DNA from: Candidatus Eiseniibacteriota bacterium
Lineage (GTDB): Bacteria > Joyebacterota > Joyebacteria > Joyebacterales > Joyebacteraceae
DNA length: 64,000 bases
Assembly: GCA_043815815.1 (NCBI GenBank)
Contig: JBDRIO010000029.1
Span: 13,650 to 77,649, forward strand
Direction of reading: 5' to 3'
The position numbers were made by a program, and so were the translations under genes. The number at the start of each line of letters is the position of its first letter. Position 1 is the first letter of the stretch. The notes under the pieces were generated by a model. The model was given only the letters and a program-made list of their open reading frames with translations. It was not told the origin of the DNA and ran no database searches. Positions 57,101 through 63,906 of this stretch are shown here, piece by piece.

Positions 57101-57410
57101 TCCGTTGAGCGCCATGCCGCCCGGGGTCGGCCCCACGTGGCGGGGAGTGCCGAGGCGCGACGTTCCGTGGTACCCCACGATCGACGAAGGCGCATGCGAG
57201 GGCTGCGGAGCGTGTGAGGACCTCTGTTCATTCGGCGTGCTCGAACGGACGCGCGACGCCTCGACGGTTCGCGTTCGCCGCCGCTACGCGTGCGTCGTCG
57301 GATGCGTTCTCTGTTCCTCGGTCTGCCGGAGCAACGCGATCTCGTTCCCGGGGCTGTCTGTGCTGGAAGGGCTTTCGCAGAGCGGCGGGGCGGACGGCGG
57401 CGGTTCGTAG
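54117..57410 (+). CDS. GlnE-like protein with two nucleotidyltransferase (Pol-beta superfamily) modules and a fused C-terminal 2x[4Fe-4S] ferredoxin domain
   Basis: NTase motifs YVLIGVGTRADQDDIDVGVI and AVYATGGLGREQAYDDDFDLLVLV (compare GlnE GKLGGRELNYSSDLDLVFL). Each is followed by a GlnE-type helical domain. C-terminus CEGCGACEDLC...CVVGCVLCSSVC. 1097 aa. Confidence 0.65.
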   Translation: MRKPFVILEDEARTLANYHVRYVDAARRHHESLVEKLEAKGLYDRAHLWQLAAEPATEFRIVEQAADSFEEKLAFLGCYYCLQLLRMNLDAVDSLRLSLISPVDRTGTERDFMLGMGAGFRALSGAYMERLLSLFIADRETPAYVLIGVGTRADQDDIDVGVIDDGGEGGEALDTAIARMSVQMLKYATSLHFHLSEHVGERSYSATIPEYRSTLDKGVRDFVIVNELVGSAPILGDTRLFAEFQNEVVSRYYHRPGEDPKWHVGYLRGLLGEIQSLIGRPLGRDHINPKDDGLRMTKGLLAVLRTIHGVEEVNAWRIIDSLRRVSPEDAGLYDDLERSLSFLEVFRSVYQLLVAQDEEIYLDDAVMQANLARVGEVMGYRTVGLIGPETHLLVEYYEHVGHVRRIVSELTERCTQHLRETTVFADMVLPEYRGNTAVDFAERSAFFRGTTFWQDLLELLEQDDCRLLCRYLDDLNELPPGARAKVVDALSACAEYAPGTVMTLIVILARNPHCEGALELFEELEAAFRSRLTSVPYAALPAIELFYRRPRLVNRYLMSIGTAATLEFADLLRRELWDPDVAFWCGKLVLLADLHGRASRYFRQYLDRAGEKYPSCLTLLDDTASLRDMSRGVLAGVERKPSSREKMERLGDFYDLEFLRIGLKTLNGVPAARTDGEFTAAADTYIQDLFDLCKREVDEAVHFRVATHDLLAVYATGGLGREQAYDDDFDLLVLVNTNHEDVRAYADAIVAKMNAEIIKRGTLPHYRLADHIGHYVATLDELQSVLSTERSDTFVDQSQVLEARMIVGTSRFENEFRRKIVGRHVFDERCRYVSRMREEIESRHRDARAMGRELSSVKDGVGSLRDIIMLLLMYKAAYRLHRPVNAQLLTDLARLEPTHQREFRFLSGALEFFKNLRNAYRMSVGAEDKLRREYFHVVAQSMGLSLGDDEEARELLMRAYRGCTVQVGEVVAALALELERSCLELSVESADASPRPLSAMPPGVGPTWRGVPRRDVPWYPTIDEGACEGCGACEDLCSFGVLERTRDASTVRVRRRYACVVGCVLCSSVCRSNAISFPGLSVLEGLSQSGGADGGGS

Positions 57411-57476
57411 GCGCCTGGCGCGTCGGACCGGCGGCGAGTCACGAAGCGGGAGCGCCGAGGCGGGCCGGGGGCTGTC

Positions 57477-58358
57477 TCAGGACGCGGGAGCACCGAGGCG
57501 GGCGACGATGTCGTCCGCCTTCACCTTGTGCAGGTCGAGTCCCAGCTCCTCACGGGAGAACCCCTGCGCGAGACCGAGCAGTTGGAAGTAGTAGATGATG
57601 GGGATCTCGAACTTCGTCCCCTTCTTCCGCCCGACCGTTATCTGGCCCAGGTCGAACGACGAGAAGCACGTCGGACAGATGAGCCCCATGCAGTCGGCGC
57701 CCGAGTCGGCTATCGACGTGAAGATGCTGTAGACCATCTCGACAGGCATGTCGTCGTCGAGGCATCCCTTCCCGCAACACAGGAGTTCCTCGGGGTGCGA
57801 CACGGGCGTCGCGCCGACGGCCGTCACCAGCTCCTCGAGGATGGACGGGTAGTCCGCGTCATCGACGTGCATGATCTGGGACGGCTTCAGGAGATGGCAT
57901 CCGTAGTGGATGGCCACCTTCACACCATCGAGAGGACGAGTGACCGACTCCCTGACGGCGTCCATCCCGAGTTCGTCGCGGATGAGAACGACCGCGTGTT
58001 CGACCTTCGCGGTCCCCTTGTACGTCTTGCCGACCTTCGCCAGCCTCTTGTTGATCTTCTTGCGGAGGCTCTCGTCCTCGGCGAGCAGGAAGCGCGCCTC
58101 CTTGAGCGTGGCCGTGCATCCGCTGCACAGCGTCACCAGATCGACCCCCGCTTCCTCCGCAAGAGCGAGGTTCCTCGCGGCGATCGTGAGCCATCCCAGC
58201 GCGTCCTTCGCCTTGAAGTAGATGGGGTCGGGACAACACGTGAAGCCGTCGATGTCGACGAGCTCGAACCCGAGCCTGGGCATCGTGAGACGGAAGGCCG
58301 CCTCCATCTGGGGGTACTTGATCGGGATCATGCAGCCGAGGAAAGGCGCGAGCTTCAC
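57477..58358 (-). CDS. hdrB: Heterodisulfide reductase subunit B (two CCG domains)
   Basis: GTG start with GGAGG RBS (VKLAPFLGCMIPIKYP). CCG motifs FTCCPDP...CSGC and LLCCGKGC...CPTC. The ORF track's longer 58928 start overlaps hdrC. Confidence 0.85.
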   Translation of the reverse strand: MKLAPFLGCMIPIKYPQMEAAFRLTMPRLGFELVDIDGFTCCPDPIYFKAKDALGWLTIAARNLALAEEAGVDLVTLCSGCTATLKEARFLLAEDESLRKKINKRLAKVGKTYKGTAKVEHAVVLIRDELGMDAVRESVTRPLDGVKVAIHYGCHLLKPSQIMHVDDADYPSILEELVTAVGATPVSHPEELLCCGKGCLDDDMPVEMVYSIFTSIADSGADCMGLICPTCFSSFDLGQITVGRKKGTKFEIPIIYYFQLLGLAQGFSREELGLDLHKVKADDIVARLGAPAS

Positions 58359-58867
58359 TTGTCGGTCGCCTCCAGGAGTTTTCTCATCTCGTCGACCGGG
58401 ACGTCCTTGAGGGGCTTGAGTCCCAGCCTCTCGCGCGTCTTGTGAACGACGGGCGTCACGACTCCGGCGACGCCCGTCTTCAGGATGTTCTTCGTGAGCA
58501 CGTTGACCGCGTCCGGCGCCACGCCCTTGCGGTCGGCGAGGTTCTTGAGCGCCACGATTACCTCGATAGGGCGAACGTCCTGGGGGCATCGCTCGTAGCA
58601 GCTGTAGCAGTTCGTGCACAGCCAGATGGGCGAATCGGGGGAGAGGAGCGCGTCGCCCCGGCCCAGCAGTACGTCGAGCAGGATGAGTCTGGGGTTGAAA
58701 CGCTCGGAGTAGCGGGCCGCCGGGCACTGCGCGACGCAGGCGCCGCACTGGTAGCAGTAGTTGTGGTGGTCCCCGCCCAGCACCCCGTCGAGTTCGCGTC
58801 GGAGGTCGAAGCTGAGTTCCACGTGGAGGCTCTTGTCGGCCCGGCTCTTGTCGTCTTTGTCCGGCAC
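58355..58867 (-). CDS. hdrC: Heterodisulfide reductase subunit C (2x[4Fe-4S])
   Basis: CYQCGACVAQCP and CTNCYSCYERCP. 4-nt overlap with the hdrB start. Confidence 0.85.
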   Translation of the reverse strand: MPDKDDKSRADKSLHVELSFDLRRELDGVLGGDHHNYCYQCGACVAQCPAARYSERFNPRLILLDVLLGRGDALLSPDSPIWLCTNCYSCYERCPQDVRPIEVIVALKNLADRKGVAPDAVNVLTKNILKTGVAGVVTPVVHKTRERLGLKPLKDVPVDEMRKLLEATDK

Positions 58868-59013
58868 GGTTCCGCGGTCCCCGAAGGATGGGCGGTCCGG
58901 AAGGAATGGCGACTGAACTCACTCGCACGGCGGGGGGCTCACACGCCCCCTGTCACCTCAAGAGTACGGCAGAACCCGCGACGAGTCAAGATGAGGCGAG
59001 GGGAGCGAAGGTC

Positions 59014-59631
59014 TCACGCCTTCCACGGTTCGACCGAGGCCCGTCCGTTCGTGATTCCGGCCAGGGCCTCCGCGAACGCACCGGCGCGCTCGGCGGGCAG
59101 CCTCAGGTGAAACGTCGCGTCGGTGGCGTAGGTCTCGTCCAGCACCTCCGCCTCGAACGCCGGAAGCGCGTTCTTGAGCTGCGTCACCGCGTTGTACGGA
59201 ACCACGGCCCGCATCTCCACCGTCTCTACGAACTCGACGAGCGGCAGCCCTTCGAGGGCCAGCTTGACTCCGCCGCCGTACGCCCGCACGAGACCGCCCT
59301 TCCCGAGCTTCGTCCCTCCGTAGTAGCGCGTCACGACGGCCGCGACGTCTCCCACGCCGCTCCCGAGGAGGACGTTCAGCATGGGTCTCCCGGCGGTGCT
59401 GTGGGGCTCCCCGTCGTCGGTCATGCCGACGCGGCTCGTGTCGCCCGGCGGGCCCACGACGTACGCCCAGCAGTTGTGCGTGGCGTCCCGGAACTCCTCG
59501 GACACGCCGGCGATGAACTCGCGCGCCTCCTCGACGGTCGCGGCTCTCCCCAGCGTGGTGACGAAGCGGCTCCGCTCGCGCGTCTCCTCGACGCGGTGAA
59601 CGGTAGCCGGTGTCGGATAGCGTCCCTTCAC
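59014..59631 (-). CDS. yigZ: YigZ / IMPACT-family protein (UPF0029)
   Basis: GTG start with AGGAGGAG RBS. ...KSRFVTTLGRAATVEEAREFIAGVSEEFRDATHNCWAYVVG.... The ORF track's longer 60402 start is spurious and overlaps znuB. Confidence 0.8.
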   Translation of the reverse strand: MKGRYPTPATVHRVEETRERSRFVTTLGRAATVEEAREFIAGVSEEFRDATHNCWAYVVGPPGDTSRVGMTDDGEPHSTAGRPMLNVLLGSGVGDVAAVVTRYYGGTKLGKGGLVRAYGGGVKLALEGLPLVEFVETVEMRAVVPYNAVTQLKNALPAFEAEVLDETYATDATFHLRLPAERAGAFAEALAGITNGRASVEPWKA

Positions 59632-60482
59632 GCGGTGCTCCTCCTCTGTCTCAGCGTGCGCGAGACGAGAACTGCGAGCACGTAGGCGACGCCCGCCAGC
59701 ATGACGATCGTCGCGCCGGTCGGGGCGTTGACCTGATAGCTCAGGGCGAGTCCCCCCGTCGTCACGGCGGCGCTCGCCGCGATGGCGAGTCCCATCATCT
59801 GGAGGAGCCTGCCCGAGAAGCGTCCGGCGATGGCCGCGGGGATCGTCAGGAGTGCGATGACGAGAACGACACCGACGACGGTCACGAGCAGCACGACCGT
59901 GAGCGCCACCAGAACGAGCAGGGCCATGTGGTAGAACGTCACGTTGACCCCTCTCGCCCTGGCGTAGTCCTCGTCGAACGATATGGCGAGGAACTGGTTG
60001 CGGAACGCGAGCACGACGCCGAGGATGACGGCGTCCATGACCGCGATCATTTGGACGTCGCGTGCCGACACGAGCAGAATGTTGCCGAAGAGGTAGCTCA
60101 TGAGGTCCTGCGCGTAGCCCGGGGTCCGCGCGAGGAAGAGGACTCCGGCGGCCATCCCGATCGCCCACACCGCGCCTATCGCGGTGTCGATCCGCTCCCT
60201 GGCCCTGACGCTCACGACGCCGATCGTGAGAGCAGCGACCAGGGCCGCGACGAGCGCTCCGTGAATGGGGTCTACGAACGTCCAGCCGTGCGCGCGCTCG
60301 AGATAGACGGCCGCCCCGATCCCACCCAGCACGCAGTGCGCGATGCCGCCGGCGATGTAGGTCATTCTGCGGACCACGACGTACGTTCCCATCGCCCCGC
60401 ACGCGACGCTCACGAGGAGGCCGGTCAAGAGGGCGTTCCGAAGGAACGCGTGCTCCAGGAGCGCGCCTGCGAAACCGCTCAC
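59628..60482 (-). CDS. znuB: Metal (Zn/Mn) ABC transporter permease (ABC-3 family)
   Basis: GTG start (VSGFAGALLEHAFLRNALLTGLLVSVACGAMGTYVV...). 4-nt overlaps with both neighbours. Confidence 0.85.
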   Translation of the reverse strand: MSGFAGALLEHAFLRNALLTGLLVSVACGAMGTYVVVRRMTYIAGGIAHCVLGGIGAAVYLERAHGWTFVDPIHGALVAALVAALTIGVVSVRARERIDTAIGAVWAIGMAAGVLFLARTPGYAQDLMSYLFGNILLVSARDVQMIAVMDAVILGVVLAFRNQFLAISFDEDYARARGVNVTFYHMALLVLVALTVVLLVTVVGVVLVIALLTIPAAIAGRFSGRLLQMMGLAIAASAAVTTGGLALSYQVNAPTGATIVMLAGVAYVLAVLVSRTLRQRRSTA

Positions 60483-61237
60483 GTGCGCCCTCCTTCCGTA
60501 TGGTCGTCGTGGTCGTGGATGACAGCGCGCACGTCGTGGCCGTACATTGCGCCTATCATCTCTCCGGTGAGTTCGCCCGTCTCGTGGCACGCCAGCGTCT
60601 GCTTCATGCAGACGACCGTCTTCGTGCGGTCCGACACGAACCCCATGTCGTGCGTCACGAGAAGGATGGTCATCCGTTCGTTAAGTCTTCCGAGCAGGTC
60701 GTAGAGCCCGCGCTCCATGGCGACGTCCAGGTTCGACGTCGGCTCGTCGAGGAGCAAAAGCTCCGGCTCCGATGTCAGGGCGCGCGCGATCAGGACCCTC
60801 TGCTGTTCGCCACCGGAGAGGGCCGAGAACGATCGTAGCGCCTGGTCGGCCAGCGCAACGTCACGCAGGGCCTCGGCGGCCGCCTCCCTGTCTGCCGCGG
60901 AGTAAGCCCCGAACGCGTGCACGCCGGGCAGTCTGCCCGTGAGCACGACGTCGAGCACGCGCGCGGGGAAGTCCCGGTCGACTCCGGATCGTTGGGGGAG
61001 GTAGCCGATGCGTGAGCGCGCCGCCGCGGGCGTGGTCCCGAGAACCCGCACCGTTCCCCGCGTCGGCCGCAGGAGCCCGAGCGCGAGCCTGAGGAACGTC
61101 GTCTTGCCTCCGCCGTTGGGACCGACGATCGACACGAAGTCGCCGCTCTCGATTGCGATGGTGACGTTCCGCAGGACGTCGCGTCCGTCGTAGGAGAGCG
61201 AGACGTTTCTGAAATCGACCGCCGCCGTACCGCTCAT
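60479..61237 (-). CDS. znuC: Metal ABC transporter ATP-binding protein
   Basis: Walker A GPNGGGKTT, signature LSGGEQQR, Walker B LLLDEP. Confidence 0.85.
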   Translation of the reverse strand: MSGTAAVDFRNVSLSYDGRDVLRNVTIAIESGDFVSIVGPNGGGKTTFLRLALGLLRPTRGTVRVLGTTPAAARSRIGYLPQRSGVDRDFPARVLDVVLTGRLPGVHAFGAYSAADREAAAEALRDVALADQALRSFSALSGGEQQRVLIARALTSEPELLLLDEPTSNLDVAMERGLYDLLGRLNERMTILLVTHDMGFVSDRTKTVVCMKQTLACHETGELTGEMIGAMYGHDVRAVIHDHDDHTEGGRT

Positions 61238-61301
61238 GTCGTCCTCACCTCTGCCGTCCCGCGTGCTCACCCGGACCTCGCTTCAGTCGCGCTTCGGTCG
61301 C

Positions 61302-62432
61302 TCACTGCCCGGTGTCATCGTCGTCGCGCTCTGCTCCCTCGCGGCTCAGGGCCCAGGCGATAGCGCGTCCCGTCTCCCTGAGATTGTCCGCGTAGTCATA
61401 GGCGAGAGGATCGAGCGTCACCAGCTCAGCGCCTATCTCGCGGGCCACGGTCTCCGCTATGCCGGAAGGATGCTGGGGCTGGACGAAGATGGTCCGCACT
61501 CCCTCCGCTCGAGCCTTCGACACGACCGCTGCCAGGTCTCGCGCTCCCGGCTCCTTCCCGTCGATCTCGATCGCGACCTGCCTGAGCCCGTACGCCTCGG
61601 CGAAATACCCGAACGCCGGGTGGAAGACGTAGAAGTTCTCGCCCGCGAACGGTCCCAGCAGGGCCTCGAGTTCGCCGTCGAGCCGGTCCAGCTCCTCGAG
61701 GAGGGCGGTCAGGTTCGAGTCGTAGTCGTGGGCTCCCGCCGGGTCGACCGAGACCAGTCCGTCGCGCACGTTCGCGGCGATGACGGCGGCGGCCTTCGGG
61801 GACAGCCACACGTGCGGGTCGGAGGACTCGTCGTGGGAGTGCCCGCCGCCCGGCGGCGATTCGGGCCGCCGGGTGGACTCGACGTGCGCGTCGTATCCGG
61901 ACTCAGCCGAAGCCGGTCCGGCCTGCTCATCACTGCCTGCGGTTTCCTCCGGCCCGCCCGTCCCGTGTCTGTAGACGCCGACGGCCGAGTCGACCACGAT
62001 GAGCCCGGGATTGACCCGCTTGACGTCCCTGAGCACGGTCTCCTCGAACGGCAGCCCGATCGAGAAGCAGACGCGGCTCGAGGCGAGCGCGGCCACGAGG
62101 ACTGGAGTCGGTTCGAACATGTGAGGGGACTGGCCCGCCTTCGTCAGAGAAATCACGGCCACCCTGTCTCCTCCAACGCGGTCGACGAGGAAGGCCTGGG
62201 GCAGAACGCTCACGCAGACGCGCACGGGGAGATCCCCTTCGCGTGCGGCCACCGGCACGAGGGCGGGCGGAGCCACGGCCACCGGCACGAGGGCGAGCGG
62301 AGCCACGGCCACCGGCACAAGGGCGGGCAGAGCCAAGGCCAGCGTCGCGAGGGCGAGCAGCGGCACGACCGGCGGCACGAGGGCGAGCAGCGGGGCAGGC
62401 CGTGCGGCTTCTGCGGGTCCTGGGGATCTCAT
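61302..62432 (-). CDS. znuA: Metal ABC transporter substrate-binding protein (TroA/ZnuA-like) with repetitive hydrophobic N-terminus and His/Asp/Glu-rich loop
   Basis: TroA-like body (HVWLSPKAA...DPHVW). N-terminus carries 10-aa ALVPVAVAP-type repeats. Start ATG at ~62432 (ORF track 62576). Confidence 0.75.
   Translation of the reverse strand: MRSPGPAEAARPAPLLALVPPVVPLLALATLALALPALVPVAVAPLALVPVAVAPPALVPVAAREGDLPVRVCVSVLPQAFLVDRVGGDRVAVISLTKAGQSPHMFEPTPVLVAALASSRVCFSIGLPFEETVLRDVKRVNPGLIVVDSAVGVYRHGTGGPEETAGSDEQAGPASAESGYDAHVESTRRPESPPGGGHSHDESSDPHVWLSPKAAAVIAANVRDGLVSVDPAGAHDYDSNLTALLEELDRLDGELEALLGPFAGENFYVFHPAFGYFAEAYGLRQVAIEIDGKEPGARDLAAVVSKARAEGVRTIFVQPQHPSGIAETVAREIGAELVTLDPLAYDYADNLRETGRAIAWALSREGAERDDDDTGQ
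62247..62400 (-). repeat. 30-bp tandem repeat (about 5 units) in the znuA 5' coding region
   Basis: ggcc accggcacga gggcgggcgg agccac repeated with period 30 (62251, 62281, 62311, 62341, 62371). Encodes (P/L)ALVPVAVAP repeats. Confidence 0.75.
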
Positions 62433-62457
62433 CGTTCCTCCCTCGCGCAACGTCCTC

Positions 62458-62724
62458 TCATTCGCTGGGTCTGCGCGAGCAGACGAGGCGGACCTCGCTG
62501 CAGTCCTCGCACTCCTCGAGCGAGTGGTCGTCGTCGAGTTCCCGCCAGTGCCGCATCTGGTTCGGTGAGAGGACACCTCTTCCGCCGCAGAGCGGGCAGC
62601 TGCTGTCGAGCGCCGACATGATCGCCGCCCGGATGAAGTTCGAGCGGTTCTCGACTCCCTTGAGGGCGGAGAGCAGGCTCTCGTCCGCCTTGAACGTGAT
62701 GATCTCGCTCTTTCTGGCAGGCAC
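62458..62724 (-). CDS. Ribbon-helix-helix (CopG/Arc/MetJ-like) DNA-binding protein with C-terminal Cys4 zinc-ribbon
   Basis: SEIITFKADESLLSALKGVENRSNFIRAAI (RHH) then CPLCGG...CEDC. First gene of the znuACB-yigZ transcription unit (the 26-nt gap to znuA includes a GGGAGG RBS). Confidence 0.55.
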   Translation of the reverse strand: MPARKSEIITFKADESLLSALKGVENRSNFIRAAIMSALDSSCPLCGGRGVLSPNQMRHWRELDDDHSLEECEDCSEVRLVCSRRPSE

Positions 62725-62845
62725 GGGCGACCTCCGTCGAGATGGCAGCTCCTCCGCCTTCCTACGCGATTATTACTATGTACTACTGCTGACTGGAAGT
62801 CAAGCTACCAGCGCGAAACCTTTGCGGGCGAGCCGCATCTATGGT

Positions 62846-62858
62846 AATGAGAATCATT
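62846..62858. promoter_or_regulatory. Fur-family-box-like inverted repeat AATGAG-a-ATCATT in the divergent RHH/znu and fur-rbr promoter region
   Basis: ...tatggtAATGAGAATCATTcccac... lies 20 nt upstream of the Fur-family gene start; AT-rich. Confidence 0.35.
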
Positions 62859-62876
62859 CCCACACATGAGGACACC

Positions 62877-63296
62877 ATGACAGCGCAGGGCGTGAGGATG
62901 ACCGGCAGCAGGCGAGCCATCCTCAGCGAACTCAGGCTGAACGGCTCTCACCCCACGGCCGACGAGCTTCATGAGCGGCTGAGGGAGAGGTTCCCGAGGA
63001 TCAGTCTGGGGACCGTGTACAGGAACCTCGAGTATCTCTCGGGTCACGGGCTCGTGAGGGCCCTGAGGGAGCCGGGTGGAAGGCGAAGGTATGACGCGGC
63101 CCAGGACGAGCACTACCACGTGTGGTGCACGTCGTGTGGCGAGGTGCAGGACGTGCGGCTCGTGCCGACCGCGTGCGTGGAGGGGCTGGTCGAAGATGAC
63201 CAGGGCTACCGGATCGACGGTCACAGCCTGAGCTTCCTCGGCACGTGCCCGGAGTGCGACGGGCGGCGCGACTCACGGAACGAGCAGGGGAGGTAA
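62877..63296 (+). CDS. Fur-family transcriptional regulator (PerR/Zur-like)
   Basis: MTGSRRAILSELRLNGSHPTADELHERLRERFPRISLGTVYRNLEYL (wHTH); HYHVWCTSCGEV...CPEC structural-zinc CxxC pairs. Confidence 0.8.
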   Translation: MTAQGVRMTGSRRAILSELRLNGSHPTADELHERLRERFPRISLGTVYRNLEYLSGHGLVRALREPGGRRRYDAAQDEHYHVWCTSCGEVQDVRLVPTACVEGLVEDDQGYRIDGHSLSFLGTCPECDGRRDSRNEQGR

Positions 63297-63297
63297 C

Positions 63298-63870
63298 ATG
63301 CAGCTCAAGGGTTCGAAGACCGAGAAGAATCTCCTCACGGCGTTCGCCGGGGAGTCACAGGCGAGGAACAGGTACACGTACTTCGCGAGCAAGGCGAAGA
63401 AGGAGGGACTGGTTCAGGTCTCTCTCATCTTCGAGGAGACTGCGAACCAAGAGAAGGAGCACGCCAAGCGGCTGTTCAAGTTCCTCGAGGGCGGCGAGGT
63501 CGAGGTGCAGGCGAGTTTCCCGGCAGGCGTGATAGGCGAGACGACCGACAATCTGAGCGCCGGCGCCGGCGGCGAGCACTACGAGTGGACCGAGATGTAC
63601 CCGTCGTTCGCGAAGGTTGCGCGCGAGGAGGGCTTCGAGGACATCGCGTGCGTCTTCGAGGCTATTGCGGTGGCTGAGAAGCAGCACGAGAAGCGCTACC
63701 TGGGCCTCAAGGCCAACATCGACGGCGGGCGCGTCTTCAAGCGCGAGAAGCCCGTCGTGTGGCGCTGTCTCAACTGCGGCTACCTTCACGAGGGACCCGA
63801 GCCGTCGGAGAAGTGCCCGGCGTGCGCACACCCCAAGGCCTATTTCGAGCTTCTTGGGGAGAACTGGTAG
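63298..63870 (+). CDS. rbr: Rubrerythrin (diiron ferritin-like domain plus C-terminal rubredoxin CxxC...CxxC)
   Basis: EKNLLTAFAGESQARNRYTYFA, EKEHAKRL, CLNCGYLHEG...CPACAHP. Confidence 0.9.
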   Translation: MQLKGSKTEKNLLTAFAGESQARNRYTYFASKAKKEGLVQVSLIFEETANQEKEHAKRLFKFLEGGEVEVQASFPAGVIGETTDNLSAGAGGEHYEWTEMYPSFAKVAREEGFEDIACVFEAIAVAEKQHEKRYLGLKANIDGGRVFKREKPVVWRCLNCGYLHEGPEPSEKCPACAHPKAYFELLGENW

Positions 63871-63906
63871 ACGCGCCTCCGAGGCGCGTCGGCGAGAGGA
63901 GAACAG

